64,000 nt of DNA. Source: an uncultured Chloroflexia bacterium (GTDB lineage Bacteria > Chloroflexota > Dehalococcoidia > UBA2979). Of the stretch, positions 27,931 through 37,074 are shown one piece after another (position 1 is the stretch's first letter; the number at the start of each line of letters is the position of its first letter). The notes beneath the pieces are model-generated. The model had not been told where the DNA came from. It saw only the letters and a list, made by a program, of their open reading frames with translations, and did no database searches. Made by a program: the position numbers and the translations under genes. The DNA is taken from NCBI GenBank assembly GCA_963728205.1, contig CAVSIV010000002.1, positions 480,001 through 544,000 of the forward strand, written 5' to 3'.

Positions 27931-28854
27931 ATGGACATCGGACTGATCGCGCTCGGCGGACGGCTCGAGTCGCTCGTGCAGGGCGCCGCCGACGCCGAGC
28001 GGGACGGCTTCGCGTCGTACGCGATGGCAAACATCTTCGGCCACGACGCGATCGGCACGCTGACGCTCGCGGGCACGCGCACGTCGCGCATCGAGCTGAT
28101 GACGGCGGTGGTGCCGACCTACCCGCGGCACCCGGCCGCGATCGCGCAGCAGGCGCTGACCGCGGCCACGGCGGCGGGCGGGCGGTTCACGCTCGGCATC
28201 GGACTCTCGCACCAGGTGGTGATCGAGGGCATGTACGGCTACTCGTACGACCGCCCTGCACGACCGATGCGCGAGTACCTGTCGATCCTCCTGCCGCTGC
28301 TGCGCGGCGAGCCGGTGCAGGTGGCGGGCGAGCACTACACGTTCCGCGGCGGCCTGCGCGCCGCCGACGTCCCGTACCCCGTGCCCTGCGTGATCGCGGC
28401 GATGGCGCCGGTCATGCTCCGCCTCGCCGGCGAGCTGGCCGACGGCACGGTGCTGTGGATGACCGGCGCGAAGGCCGTCCGCGACCACGTCGCGCCGCGC
28501 GTCCGCGCCGCCGCGCGCGACGCCGGCCGCCCCGAGCCGCGCATCGTCGCCTCGCTGCCCATGGCGCTGACGAGCGACGTCGCCGCCGCGCGCGCGGCGG
28601 CGAACCAGCAGTTCGAGAACTACGGCCGGCTGCCGTCCTATCGCGCGATGCTCGACAAGCAGGGGGCGCCGAACCCCGGCGACGCCGCGCTGATCGGCGA
28701 CGAGGCGGCGCTCGACGCGGCGCTGCGCGAGATGGAGGAGGCCGGCGCGACGACCTTCAACGGCGCGCCCTTCGACGACGGCACCGGGTCGCTGGCCCGC
28801 ACCCACGCGTACCTCGCGTCGCGCGCACGCGAGCGGGCGTCCGCTCGTGCGTGA
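27931..28854 (+). CDS. LLM-class, probably F420-dependent, oxidoreductase
   Basis: TSRIELMTAVVPTYPRHP..IAQQA, GRFTLGIGLSH, AAMAP.ML.LAGELADG, LPSYRAML. Confidence 0.9.
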   Translation: MDIGLIALGGRLESLVQGAADAERDGFASYAMANIFGHDAIGTLTLAGTRTSRIELMTAVVPTYPRHPAAIAQQALTAATAAGGRFTLGIGLSHQVVIEGMYGYSYDRPARPMREYLSILLPLLRGEPVQVAGEHYTFRGGLRAADVPYPVPCVIAAMAPVMLRLAGELADGTVLWMTGAKAVRDHVAPRVRAAARDAGRPEPRIVASLPMALTSDVAAARAAANQQFENYGRLPSYRAMLDKQGAPNPGDAALIGDEAALDAALREMEEAGATTFNGAPFDDGTGSLARTHAYLASRARERASARA

Positions 28855-29245
28855 CCCCGGCGCCGGCGACGACACGCTGCGCGTCTGGCGCGTCTACACC
28901 GGCGATGACGCGCAGACGCACGTCGAGACGCTCGACGTGCCGCTCGCCGCGACCGGTCGCGGCGGCGCGATGTCGCGGCTGCTCGCGGGCAGCGGCGTGA
29001 TCCTGCGGCGCACCGGGCTGGAGTACGACCTCGACTGGCACCCCGCGCCGCGCCGCCAGTTCGTCGTCACGATCTCGGGCCGCGGCGAGATGGAGACCAG
29101 CGACGGCACGGTGCTGCCGCTCGAGCCCGGGACGATCGTGCTGGTCGAGGACGTCGACGGCATCGGCCACCGCTCGCGCGCCGTCGGCGACGAGCCGCGC
29201 GTGTCGCTCTTCCTGCCGCTGGACGACGCGACGGAGGTGCCGTAG
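28847..29245 (+). CDS. Small cupin-fold protein
   Basis: RVYTGDD..THVE, DWHPAPRRQ, SDG, EDVDG.GH.S. Confidence 0.82.
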   Translation: MRDPGAGDDTLRVWRVYTGDDAQTHVETLDVPLAATGRGGAMSRLLAGSGVILRRTGLEYDLDWHPAPRRQFVVTISGRGEMETSDGTVLPLEPGTIVLVEDVDGIGHRSRAVGDEPRVSLFLPLDDATEVP

Positions 29246-29279
29246 GCGCGCAGGCGGCAGGGCCCGTCGAAGGCGCGTC

Positions 29280-29366
29280 CACCACAGCGGCGGCAGATAT
29301 GCCGCCGACGCCAACGCGACCCGGGGGCCGCGATCTGTCGGCGGCATGTCTGCCGCCGCTGTGGTG
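29280..29366. repeat. REP-like inverted pair, family A, copy 3
   Basis: CACCACAGCGGCGGCAGATATGCCGCCGAC ... GTCGGCGGCATGTCTGCCGCCGCTGTGGTG between convergent genes. Confidence 0.85.
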
Positions 29367-29384
29367 TCGTCCGCGGCCCACCCG

Positions 29385-30512
29385 CTACTCCGTCAGCGCG
29401 AACGCGTCCGCGTCGGTGATCGCGGCCGCGAGGCGCGCGAGGCCGACGTCGTGCACCGTGCGCATGCGGCCGCTCGGCGGCGCGCCGGCGGCGCCGATCA
29501 CGAAGGTGGCGAACGTGAGGAGCAGCCCCAGCGCGTAGTCGCGGCGCGCGGCGTGCGCGTCGTAACCGCGCACGCCGGCTGCGGCGAGCGCGTCGAGGTA
29601 GGCGGCGATCAGTGCCGCCTCGTGCTGCCGGCGCGCGTCGGGTTGCAGGTCGAGCGCGATGAAGTAAGCCACGTCGTACATCGGCCGGCAGCGCGCGGTG
29701 AACTGCCAGTCGATGGCCTTCGCGCGGCGCTCGCCGTCGCGCGTCACGAAGAAGAGGTTGTCGAGCCGGTAGTCGCCGTGGATCACGCTCACGGGCGGGG
29801 TCGCCGCCGCGGCGAGCAGCGCGGGGTAGCGCTCGATCACCGCCGGCACGCGCGCGGCGAACCCCGCGGGCTCCCGCAGCGCCGGCGCGACGACATCCCA
29901 GGCGCGCCCGAACGCGCCCTGCACCGGCCGTGCGTGGTCGAGCCCGACGGTCGTTTCCGGCAGCCAGTCGAGCGCGTCGCCGAGCTCGGGCGCGTTCCAC
30001 CAGCGCGCGTGCAGCGTCGCGATCGTCTCGACCGCCAGTCGCGCGTCGTCGGCGCTGCACCCGGCGAGCTGGTCGCCCTGCGAGCGCGCGCCGAGGTCCT
30101 CGAGCAGCAGCAGGAAGCCGTCGCTCGTCAGCTCGCCGAAGAAGCAGACCGGCATCGGGAGCGTCGCGGGCGCCGCGGGATGCGCGGCCGAGAGCGCGGC
30201 GAGCTCGCGATAGGCCCGCACCTCGCGCTCGTACCAGCGCTGGAACGCCGCGACCCCGCGCGCGGACGGCGCGCTCGCCGGGAACTTCGCGATCAGCGTC
30301 AGCGGCCCCGCCGCCGCGGAGTACCGCGGCAGCAGTCGAAAGACGTCGCCGTTCACGCCGCCGAGGTCGACCGGGCCGACGCGCACCGACAGCACGCGCG
30401 ACGCCGGGTCGAGCACGCCTGCGTCATGCAGGACGTCGGTGAGCCACGCGGGCGTGATCGCGCCCGGCGCGAGCGGGATGCGTGGCCCGAGCCCGGGTTC
30501 GTGCTGCGGCAA
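29385..30512 (-). CDS. Aminoglycoside phosphotransferase/choline-kinase-like small-molecule kinase
   Basis: LIAK, REV..Y, LLLEDL, HGDYRLDNLFF, IDWQ, DVAYF. Confidence 0.85.
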   Translation of the reverse strand: MPQHEPGLGPRIPLAPGAITPAWLTDVLHDAGVLDPASRVLSVRVGPVDLGGVNGDVFRLLPRYSAAAGPLTLIAKFPASAPSARGVAAFQRWYEREVRAYRELAALSAAHPAAPATLPMPVCFFGELTSDGFLLLLEDLGARSQGDQLAGCSADDARLAVETIATLHARWWNAPELGDALDWLPETTVGLDHARPVQGAFGRAWDVVAPALREPAGFAARVPAVIERYPALLAAAATPPVSVIHGDYRLDNLFFVTRDGERRAKAIDWQFTARCRPMYDVAYFIALDLQPDARRQHEAALIAAYLDALAAAGVRGYDAHAARRDYALGLLLTFATFVIGAAGAPPSGRMRTVHDVGLARLAAAITDADAFALTE

Positions 30513-30525
30513 CGCGGCGCCCGCC

Positions 30526-31899
30526 TCAGCCCTGCGCCGGCAGCGCGGCCGAGAGGACGTCGCCCACGCCGACCGCCCACCCGAGCAGCGCCTCGTCGTG
30601 CCCGTAGCGCGCGCACAGCTGGAGGCCGAGCGGCAGCCCGCCCTCCGCGGCGCCCGCGGGGAGCACGACCGCCGGCATGCCGGCGTGCGTCCACGGCAGG
30701 TTCATCGCCGGGTCGCCCGTCGCGCCGAGCCCCAGCGGCGCCGGGCCCGGCGCGGCGGGCGACGCCCACGCGTCGACGCCGTGCTCCGCCATGAGCGCCT
30801 CCAGCCGAGCGCGCAACTCCCCGCGGCCGGCCAGGCCGGCGCGAAAGGCGTCGTCGTCGATCGCCGGCGCGCGGTCCATCAACGTGGCGCTCCCCGGGCG
30901 GAACAGCGCGGCGTACGCGCGGAAGCGCTCCGCGTGCACCTCCGCGAACTCGCGCGTGGTCAGCGCGCGGTGGCGGGCGGTGATGGCGTCGATGTCGTCG
31001 AGCGCCGGCACGCGTCGCACCACGTAGCCCGCGGCGCGCAGCGCGTCGAGCGCGCGCTCGAAGCCGGCCAGCCCGTCGGCGGCGGCCTGCGCGAGGTAGG
31101 CGCCGTCGGGCACGCCGAGCACCGGCCGACGCGCGGTCGGCGCGGCGACCTCCGCCTCCCGCCAGCCATCGACCAGCACGCGCGCGGCGATCGGCGCGTC
31201 GGCCGCGCGCTGCACGAACCAGCCGACGGTGTCGACCGAGCGCGAGTACGGCAGCACGCCGTCGCTCGGCACGCGCCCGTAGCTCGGCTTCACGCCGACG
31301 ACGCCACAGAACGCCGCCGGCCGGATCACCGAGCCCACCGTCTGCGTGCCGAGCGCCAGCGCGGCAATCCCCGCCGCGACCGCCGCCGCGGAGCCGCTGC
31401 TCGAACCGCCGGGCGTGCGCGCGGGCGCGTGCGGGTTCGTCGTCGGACCCGGGTCGAAGTACGCGAACTCCGTGGTGACGGTCTTGCCGACGATCAGCGC
31501 GCCGGCCGCCCGCAGCCGCGCGACGACCGGCGCCTCGGGCATCGCGAAGGACGCCGCCGGCACCATCGACCCGGCGCGCGTCGGCAGCCCGTCGACCGCA
31601 ATGATGTCCTTCACCCCCACCGGAGTCCCGAAGAGCGGCGGGCGCGCCGCCGGGTCGGGCCAGCGGCGTTCGAGCGCGGCCGCGTCGCGGAGCAGCCGCT
31701 CGCGGCGGCCGGGCTCGGGCAGCAGCGCGCGCAGGCGCGGCTCGACGGCCTGGATGCGGTCGCAGAGCGCCTCGACGTACCCCGCCAGCCCCCCGGGCGC
31801 GCGCGCCGCAGCGTCCAGCGGAGCGTCCGCGAGCAGCGGCGCCTCCGTGTCAGCGGCGGCCGGGGCGGCGGGTGCGCGGTGGGCGCGAGGTGCGGTCAT
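30526..31899 (-). CDS. Amidase-signature family enzyme
   Basis: PLFG.PVGVKD, GKTVTTEFA, TPGGSSSGSAAAVAAG, GTQTVGSVIRPAAFCG. Confidence 0.95.
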   Translation of the reverse strand: MTAPRAHRAPAAPAAADTEAPLLADAPLDAAARAPGGLAGYVEALCDRIQAVEPRLRALLPEPGRRERLLRDAAALERRWPDPAARPPLFGTPVGVKDIIAVDGLPTRAGSMVPAASFAMPEAPVVARLRAAGALIVGKTVTTEFAYFDPGPTTNPHAPARTPGGSSSGSAAAVAAGIAALALGTQTVGSVIRPAAFCGVVGVKPSYGRVPSDGVLPYSRSVDTVGWFVQRAADAPIAARVLVDGWREAEVAAPTARRPVLGVPDGAYLAQAAADGLAGFERALDALRAAGYVVRRVPALDDIDAITARHRALTTREFAEVHAERFRAYAALFRPGSATLMDRAPAIDDDAFRAGLAGRGELRARLEALMAEHGVDAWASPAAPGPAPLGLGATGDPAMNLPWTHAGMPAVVLPAGAAEGGLPLGLQLCARYGHDEALLGWAVGVGDVLSAALPAQG

Positions 31900-31953
31900 C
31901 CGCGCGATGATAGCGGCCGTGTCCGGAGCCGGACGTCGCGGTACCATCCCGCG

Positions 31954-33234
31954 ATGCAGCACGCCTCGCCCGCGACCCCGCCGCCGCCCGAGCCGTTTCG
32001 CCTGCGCCCGCTCATCCTCACGGTCTACCTTCCGACCTTTCTGATCGCGATCGGCCAGGGCGCCGTGCTGCCCGTCATCCCGCTGTTCGCGAAGGACCTC
32101 GGCGCGAGCATCGGCGTCGCCGGGTTCGTGTTCGCGCTGCGCGGCCTCGGGACGATGGTGTTCGACGTCCCGGCCGGCGTCGCGGCCTCGCGGTTCGGCG
32201 ACCGCCGCACGCTGATCGTCGGCGCCGCGGTGATCGTGATCGTCGGCATCGGGTCCGGCACGAGCCACTCGGTCGCGCAGCTCGCGCTGTTCACGTTCGT
32301 CTTCGGTGCCGGCAACGCGGTCTTCCAGGTGGGCCGCCTCGCTTACATCAGCGAGGTCGCGCCGGTGCACTACCGCGGCCGCGTGATCTCGCTGATGGGC
32401 GGCACGAACCGCGTCGCGACCTTCATCGGCCCGATCCTCGGCGGCTTCCTGGCGAAGGGGTTCGGGTTCCCCGCGGCGTTCTTCCTGCAGGCGGTCGTCG
32501 GCGGTAGCGCCGCGCTGATCTTCTTCCTCTTCATCCGCGGCAACGAGGCGCAGCCGATCGTCTCCGAGCACAACGTCTACCGGCGCGTCGGCGAGACCAT
32601 GCGCCAGCACCGCGGCAGCTTCCTCACGTGGGGCCTCGCGGTGATCACGCTGCAGGTGCTGCGCAGCGGCCGGCAGATCCTGATCCCGCTGTGGGGCGAC
32701 CACGTCGGGCTCGACGTCGCGGCGATCGGCCTCGTGGTCGGCATGTCGTCGGGCATCGACATGCTGCTCTTCTACCCGGTCGGCGTCGTGATGGACCGCT
32801 TCGGCCGGAAGTGGGTCGCGGTGCCGAGCCTCGTCGTGCTCTCGATCGGGCTCGCGCTGATCCCGCTCGCGCGCACGTTCCCGGTGCTGCTGCTCGTCGG
32901 CGTGCTCACCGGGTTCGGGAACGGGCTCGGCACGGGCATCGTGATGACGCTCGGCGCCGACCTCTCGCCGCCGATCGGTCGCGGCGAGTTCCTCGGGGTG
33001 TGGCGTCTCGTGGGCGACGTCGGCACGGCCGGCGGGCCGTTCGTGATCGGCGCAATCGCGCAGGTGCTGACGCTCGGCGCGGCGTCGCTGACGGCGGCCG
33101 GCGTGGGGATGGTCGGCGCGGTGTTCATGCTGCTGCGAGCGCGCGAGACGCTGACACGCGAGCCGTCGGCGCGCGGCGACCCCGGCGGTGCCGCCGAGAC
33201 GAGCGAGACCGGCGCGCCGCGCGGCGGCGGCTGA
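31954..33234 (+). CDS. MFS transporter
   Basis: About 12 TM helices; RFGDRR and DRFGRK loop motifs. Confidence 0.92.
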   Translation: MQHASPATPPPPEPFRLRPLILTVYLPTFLIAIGQGAVLPVIPLFAKDLGASIGVAGFVFALRGLGTMVFDVPAGVAASRFGDRRTLIVGAAVIVIVGIGSGTSHSVAQLALFTFVFGAGNAVFQVGRLAYISEVAPVHYRGRVISLMGGTNRVATFIGPILGGFLAKGFGFPAAFFLQAVVGGSAALIFFLFIRGNEAQPIVSEHNVYRRVGETMRQHRGSFLTWGLAVITLQVLRSGRQILIPLWGDHVGLDVAAIGLVVGMSSGIDMLLFYPVGVVMDRFGRKWVAVPSLVVLSIGLALIPLARTFPVLLLVGVLTGFGNGLGTGIVMTLGADLSPPIGRGEFLGVWRLVGDVGTAGGPFVIGAIAQVLTLGAASLTAAGVGMVGAVFMLLRARETLTREPSARGDPGGAAETSETGAPRGGG

Positions 33235-33265
33235 GCGGCGGGCGACCGGCGGCTACGATGAGGCC

Positions 33266-33643
33266 ATGAGCGATCCCAACACGCGGCTCGTCTACTCCAG
33301 CGACGGCGGTCGCGTGCGTCCGCCCCGCGAGACGCCGCCGGCGAAGGGTCGCGGCGGGCGGTCGGGCGGCGGCAGCGCGAACGCGCTCCCCGAAGATCCC
33401 GGCGACGGCGTCGTGCGGCTGCACCGCGGCAAGTCCGCGCGGGGCGGCAAGCCCGGCACGCTCGTCGTCGGCCTGCCCGGCACCGACGCCGAGCTCGACG
33501 CCGTGCTCAAGCGCGTGAAGCAGCGCCTCGGCACCGGCGGCACGCGGCAGGGGCGGGTGCTCGTGATCCAGGGCGACCACCGCGAGCCGCTGCGCGCGAT
33601 GCTCCAGGCCGACGGCCTCCGCGTGAAGCTGGCCGGCGGCTAG
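33266..33643 (+). CDS. SUI1/YciH translation initiation factor-like protein
   Basis: RLVYSSD.G, DGVVRL, GK..T.V.GL, K.RLGTGGT, IQGDHR, VKLAGG. Confidence 0.9.
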   Translation: MSDPNTRLVYSSDGGRVRPPRETPPAKGRGGRSGGGSANALPEDPGDGVVRLHRGKSARGGKPGTLVVGLPGTDAELDAVLKRVKQRLGTGGTRQGRVLVIQGDHREPLRAMLQADGLRVKLAGG

Positions 33644-34041
33644 CCGGCGACGAACGACAGCCGCACCTGCCGGTGCGCGTTGTCGACGTTCGTGTCGACC
33701 ATCACCACGCTCTGCCACGTGCCCAGCGCCGGCTCGCCGTCGAAGACGGGCAGCACCAGCGACGGGCTCACGAGCACCGGCAGCAGGTGGTCGGCGCCGT
33801 GGCCCTGCGCGCCGTGCGCGTGACGGTAGCGGTCGTCGCGCGGCAGCAGCCGGTCGAGCGCGGCCTCGAGGTCGGGCTCCGAGCCGGAGCCGGTCTCCAT
33901 CAGCGCGAGCCCCGCGGTCGCGTGCGGCGCGAAGACGTGCACGAGCCCGTCGCCGCGATCCCGGCAGAACGCGACGACGTCCGACGTGAGGTCGGCGACG
34001 CGCCGCCGCGAGGTGTCCACGTCGATCAGGGTGGTGTCCAC
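33640..34041 (-). CDS. yjbQ: YjbQ (UPF0047) family protein
   Basis: FAPHATAG, YRHAHG..GHGADH, LGTWQ. Confidence 0.88.
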   Translation of the reverse strand: MDTTLIDVDTSRRRVADLTSDVVAFCRDRGDGLVHVFAPHATAGLALMETGSGSEPDLEAALDRLLPRDDRYRHAHGAQGHGADHLLPVLVSPSLVLPVFDGEPALGTWQSVVMVDTNVDNAHRQVRLSFVAG

Positions 34042-34076
34042 CGGCGGTTCCCTTCGCGCGCGAATCCAGTATCGCA

Positions 34077-34268
34077 AGCGGCGGCAGACACGCCGCCGAT
34101 TTCCCGAGGGGCGTCCGCGCTGCGGCATGGCGTCGCCACCGCGCCCCACCGCGGCGGCAGACATGCCGCCGACAGGGCGGCGTGCGCCGGCGCGTCGGTC
34201 GTGCGCGACGCCGTCAGCGATTGGAAGCGGTCGCGGCGTGTCGGCGGCATGTCTGCCGCCGCTGTGGG
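34077..34268. repeat. REP-like cluster, family A: single arm 34077-34099 plus inverted pair 34145-34174 / 34239-34268
   Basis: GCGGCGGCAGACA(C/T)GCCGCCGA arms. Confidence 0.82.
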
Positions 34269-34332
34269 TTCGCCGCCCCGGCCGCCGCAGAATGGCGCCC
34301 CGTCCGGCTGCGGGAACGGCGCGCCGGACCGC

Positions 34333-35640
34333 CTACTGGTACGGCGCGAGTTGATCGCGGATCACGGCGGCGTCACCGACGGCGACGATCGTCATCTCGT
34401 CGCCGCGCAGGTACGCGGCGGTCACGCGACGCACCTCGTCGGGCGTCACCGCGTAGGCGCGGTCCACGTAGCCCTCGGCAAACGACTCCGGAAGGCCGTG
34501 GAGCTCCAGGAACGCCAGCTGCTCGGCGACGCCGCTCGGCGTGGCGTAGTGCATCATGTACGTGCCCGCGACATAACGCTGGATGCTCTCCAGCTCCTCG
34601 GCGCCGGGCGCCGTCCCGCGGAGCCGCTCGATCTCCGCGAACACCTCTTGCAGCGACGCGCCGGTGACGTTCGTCGTCACGTCGGCGATCTCCATCCAGT
34701 GGGCGTCGCGCCGGCGCAGCGAGAGGTAGCTGTGCGGCGAGTACGTGTACCCCTTGTCCTCGCGGAGGTTCATCGTGATGCGCGAGTAGAAGGCGCCGCC
34801 GAGCAGGGCGTTCGTCACCGCGAGCGGCACCCAGTCCGCGTGGAGCGGGCTCGGCACGGGCAGGCCCACGAACAGCGTGGTCTGCTCGGCGCCCGGCCGG
34901 TCGACGAGCCGCACGACGCGACCGCTGCGCGGGTGGGGCGGCCGGTCCGTTCGTGCCGCGCCGGCATCCCAGCCCGCGAAGGCGTCGCGGATCGCGCCTG
35001 ACACCACGGCCGCGTCGAAGCGGCCGGCGACGTACAGCGCCGCCGTCGCGCCGCCGGTGTTGCGCCGGTAGAAGTCGCGCGCTGCGGCGGCGGTGAACGA
35101 CGCGATGACGCCGTCGGCGGGGAACACGCGACCGTAGGGGTGGTCGCCGTAGAGCGCCGCGCGGAACTCCGCGAGTGCCAGCATCTGCGGCCGCACGCGC
35201 GCGAGGGCCAGCCGTCGCTCGAGGTCCGCCTTCAGCCGCGCCTCCGCCGCCTCGGGGAACGTCGACTCGCGCGCGACCTCGGCGAGCAGCGCCACGGCCG
35301 CCGACGCGTGCTCCGACAGCACGCGGATGCGCACCACCGTCGTGTCGTCGTCGCTGTCGACCTCGAGCTCGCCGCCCAGGTCGGCCGCCGCGTCGGCGAG
35401 CGCCTCGGCGCTCCGCGCGGACGTGCCCTCCTTGAGGTATTCGGCCGCGAGCCGCGACAGCCACGTCTCTCCGGGTGCCTCGTTGATGTCGCCGACGTCG
35501 AGCACCAGCCGCAGCTCGACCTTCGGCACCGAGCCGACGGCGACGAGCGTCGCCTGCAGCCCGTTGTCGAGCCGCAGCCGCTCGGTTGGTGGCAGCGCGA
35601 ACGCCGGCGGGCGGCCGAGCGTCGGCCGCGCGGCGGTCAC
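34333..35640 (-). CDS. M16 peptidase, non-catalytic subunit
   Basis: LDNGL, EGT, DHPY, LGG.FYSRI..NLREDKGYTY; no HxxEH. Confidence 0.9.
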   Translation of the reverse strand: MTAARPTLGRPPAFALPPTERLRLDNGLQATLVAVGSVPKVELRLVLDVGDINEAPGETWLSRLAAEYLKEGTSARSAEALADAAADLGGELEVDSDDDTTVVRIRVLSEHASAAVALLAEVARESTFPEAAEARLKADLERRLALARVRPQMLALAEFRAALYGDHPYGRVFPADGVIASFTAAAARDFYRRNTGGATAALYVAGRFDAAVVSGAIRDAFAGWDAGAARTDRPPHPRSGRVVRLVDRPGAEQTTLFVGLPVPSPLHADWVPLAVTNALLGGAFYSRITMNLREDKGYTYSPHSYLSLRRRDAHWMEIADVTTNVTGASLQEVFAEIERLRGTAPGAEELESIQRYVAGTYMMHYATPSGVAEQLAFLELHGLPESFAEGYVDRAYAVTPDEVRRVTAAYLRGDEMTIVAVGDAAVIRDQLAPYQ

Positions 35641-36983
35641 GCCGCACCCCCGGCCCCGGCGTCCGCGCCCTCGGCGGCCAGCCCCGGCACCAGCTCGAGC
35701 ACCGTCCGGTTCTCCGGCCGCAGGTACTCGCGTGCCGCCTCGAGCACGATCTCCGGCGTCAGCGCCTCGAAGCGCGCCGGCACGGCGTTGATGCGCGCGG
35801 GGTCGTCGTCGAACAGCGCGAAGCTCGCGAGCAGGTTCGCCCGACCGAAGCCCGGGTAGTAGAAGCCCGCCATTGACTCGTAGTACGCCGAGCGCGCCTT
35901 CACGACCGCGCGCGCGAACGTCGCGGCGTCCAGCGGCGCCTCGCGTACGCGGTCAATCACGCCGTCGATCGACTGGAGGATCGAGTCGGCGGAGGCGCCC
36001 GGGTCGTGGATCAGCGACGCCGTCCACAGCAGCGGCGTCTGCGCGTCGTACATGTTGCCGAGGAAGTTGATGCCGCCGTCGACGTGGCTCGTCACGGCGC
36101 GCCGCTTCACCAGCTCCTGCGCCAGCGCCGCGTCGTCGCCGCGCAGCAGCGCCTGCGTGAGCAGCCCGAGCGCGTAGTAGGCGTCTGTGCCGCGCTCGGG
36201 CGTGTGGTACGACACGGCGAGCGCGGGGCGGTTCGCGTGCTCGTCGGTGATCGACGCGCGCCGCTCCGCCGCCTGGCGCGGCTCGGTGAGGTCGGGCAGC
36301 GGCGGCGCCGGCCGCGCCGGCAGGTCGAAGTAGCGCGTCGCGAGCTCCAGCGCGCGGTCGGGCTCGAAGTCGCCGGTCACGACCAGCACGGCGTTGGACG
36401 GGCCGTAGTAGTCGTCGAAGAAGCGCTGCACGTCGCCGAGGCTCGCGGCGTCGAGGTCGGCCATGTCGCCGTAGCCGTTGTGGGCGTTCTGCCAGTTCGT
36501 ATAGGCGTGCTCCGCCATGTGGATCCACGGGAAGCCGCCATATGGCTGGTTCAGCACGTTGACGCGGATCTCGTTCTTCACCACATCGCGCTGGTTATCG
36601 AGCTCCTCCTGCGTGATGCGCGGGCCGCGCATGCGCTCGGCCTCGATCCACAGCGCCAGGTCCAGCGCGTGGGCCGGCAGCACCTCGAAGTAGTTCGTGA
36701 AGTTGTAGGCAGTGGAGCCGTTGAGCTGGCCGCCGTTCTGCTCGACCAGCCGCACGACCTCCATCTTCTCGAGCTGCCCCGACCCCTGGAACATCAGGTG
36801 CTCGAAGAGGTGGGCGAACCCGGTGCGGCCACGCGGCTCGAGGCGCATGCCGACGTGGTAGTAGACGGCGACCGTGACGACGGGCGCCGAGCGATCGGGC
36901 GACAGCACGACCCGCAGCCCGTTGGCGAGCCGGTGATCGTGGACGGGGATGGCGAGCGCGAACGACTGAGCCCCCGGAACCAC
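35637..36983 (-). CDS. M16 zinc peptidase, catalytic subunit
   Basis: LANGLRV, GRTGFAHLFEHLMFQGS, NQPYG. Confidence 0.93.
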   Translation of the reverse strand: MVPGAQSFALAIPVHDHRLANGLRVVLSPDRSAPVVTVAVYYHVGMRLEPRGRTGFAHLFEHLMFQGSGQLEKMEVVRLVEQNGGQLNGSTAYNFTNYFEVLPAHALDLALWIEAERMRGPRITQEELDNQRDVVKNEIRVNVLNQPYGGFPWIHMAEHAYTNWQNAHNGYGDMADLDAASLGDVQRFFDDYYGPSNAVLVVTGDFEPDRALELATRYFDLPARPAPPLPDLTEPRQAAERRASITDEHANRPALAVSYHTPERGTDAYYALGLLTQALLRGDDAALAQELVKRRAVTSHVDGGINFLGNMYDAQTPLLWTASLIHDPGASADSILQSIDGVIDRVREAPLDAATFARAVVKARSAYYESMAGFYYPGFGRANLLASFALFDDDPARINAVPARFEALTPEIVLEAAREYLRPENRTVLELVPGLAAEGADAGAGGAA

Positions 36984-37074
36984 GCACTCCCCCTCACACC
37001 GGCACGAACGACCATGCTAGCGCACGGGGTCGCGAGGGGCTCCGGCCGAGACCGGCTGGTTCGAGCGGCTCCTG

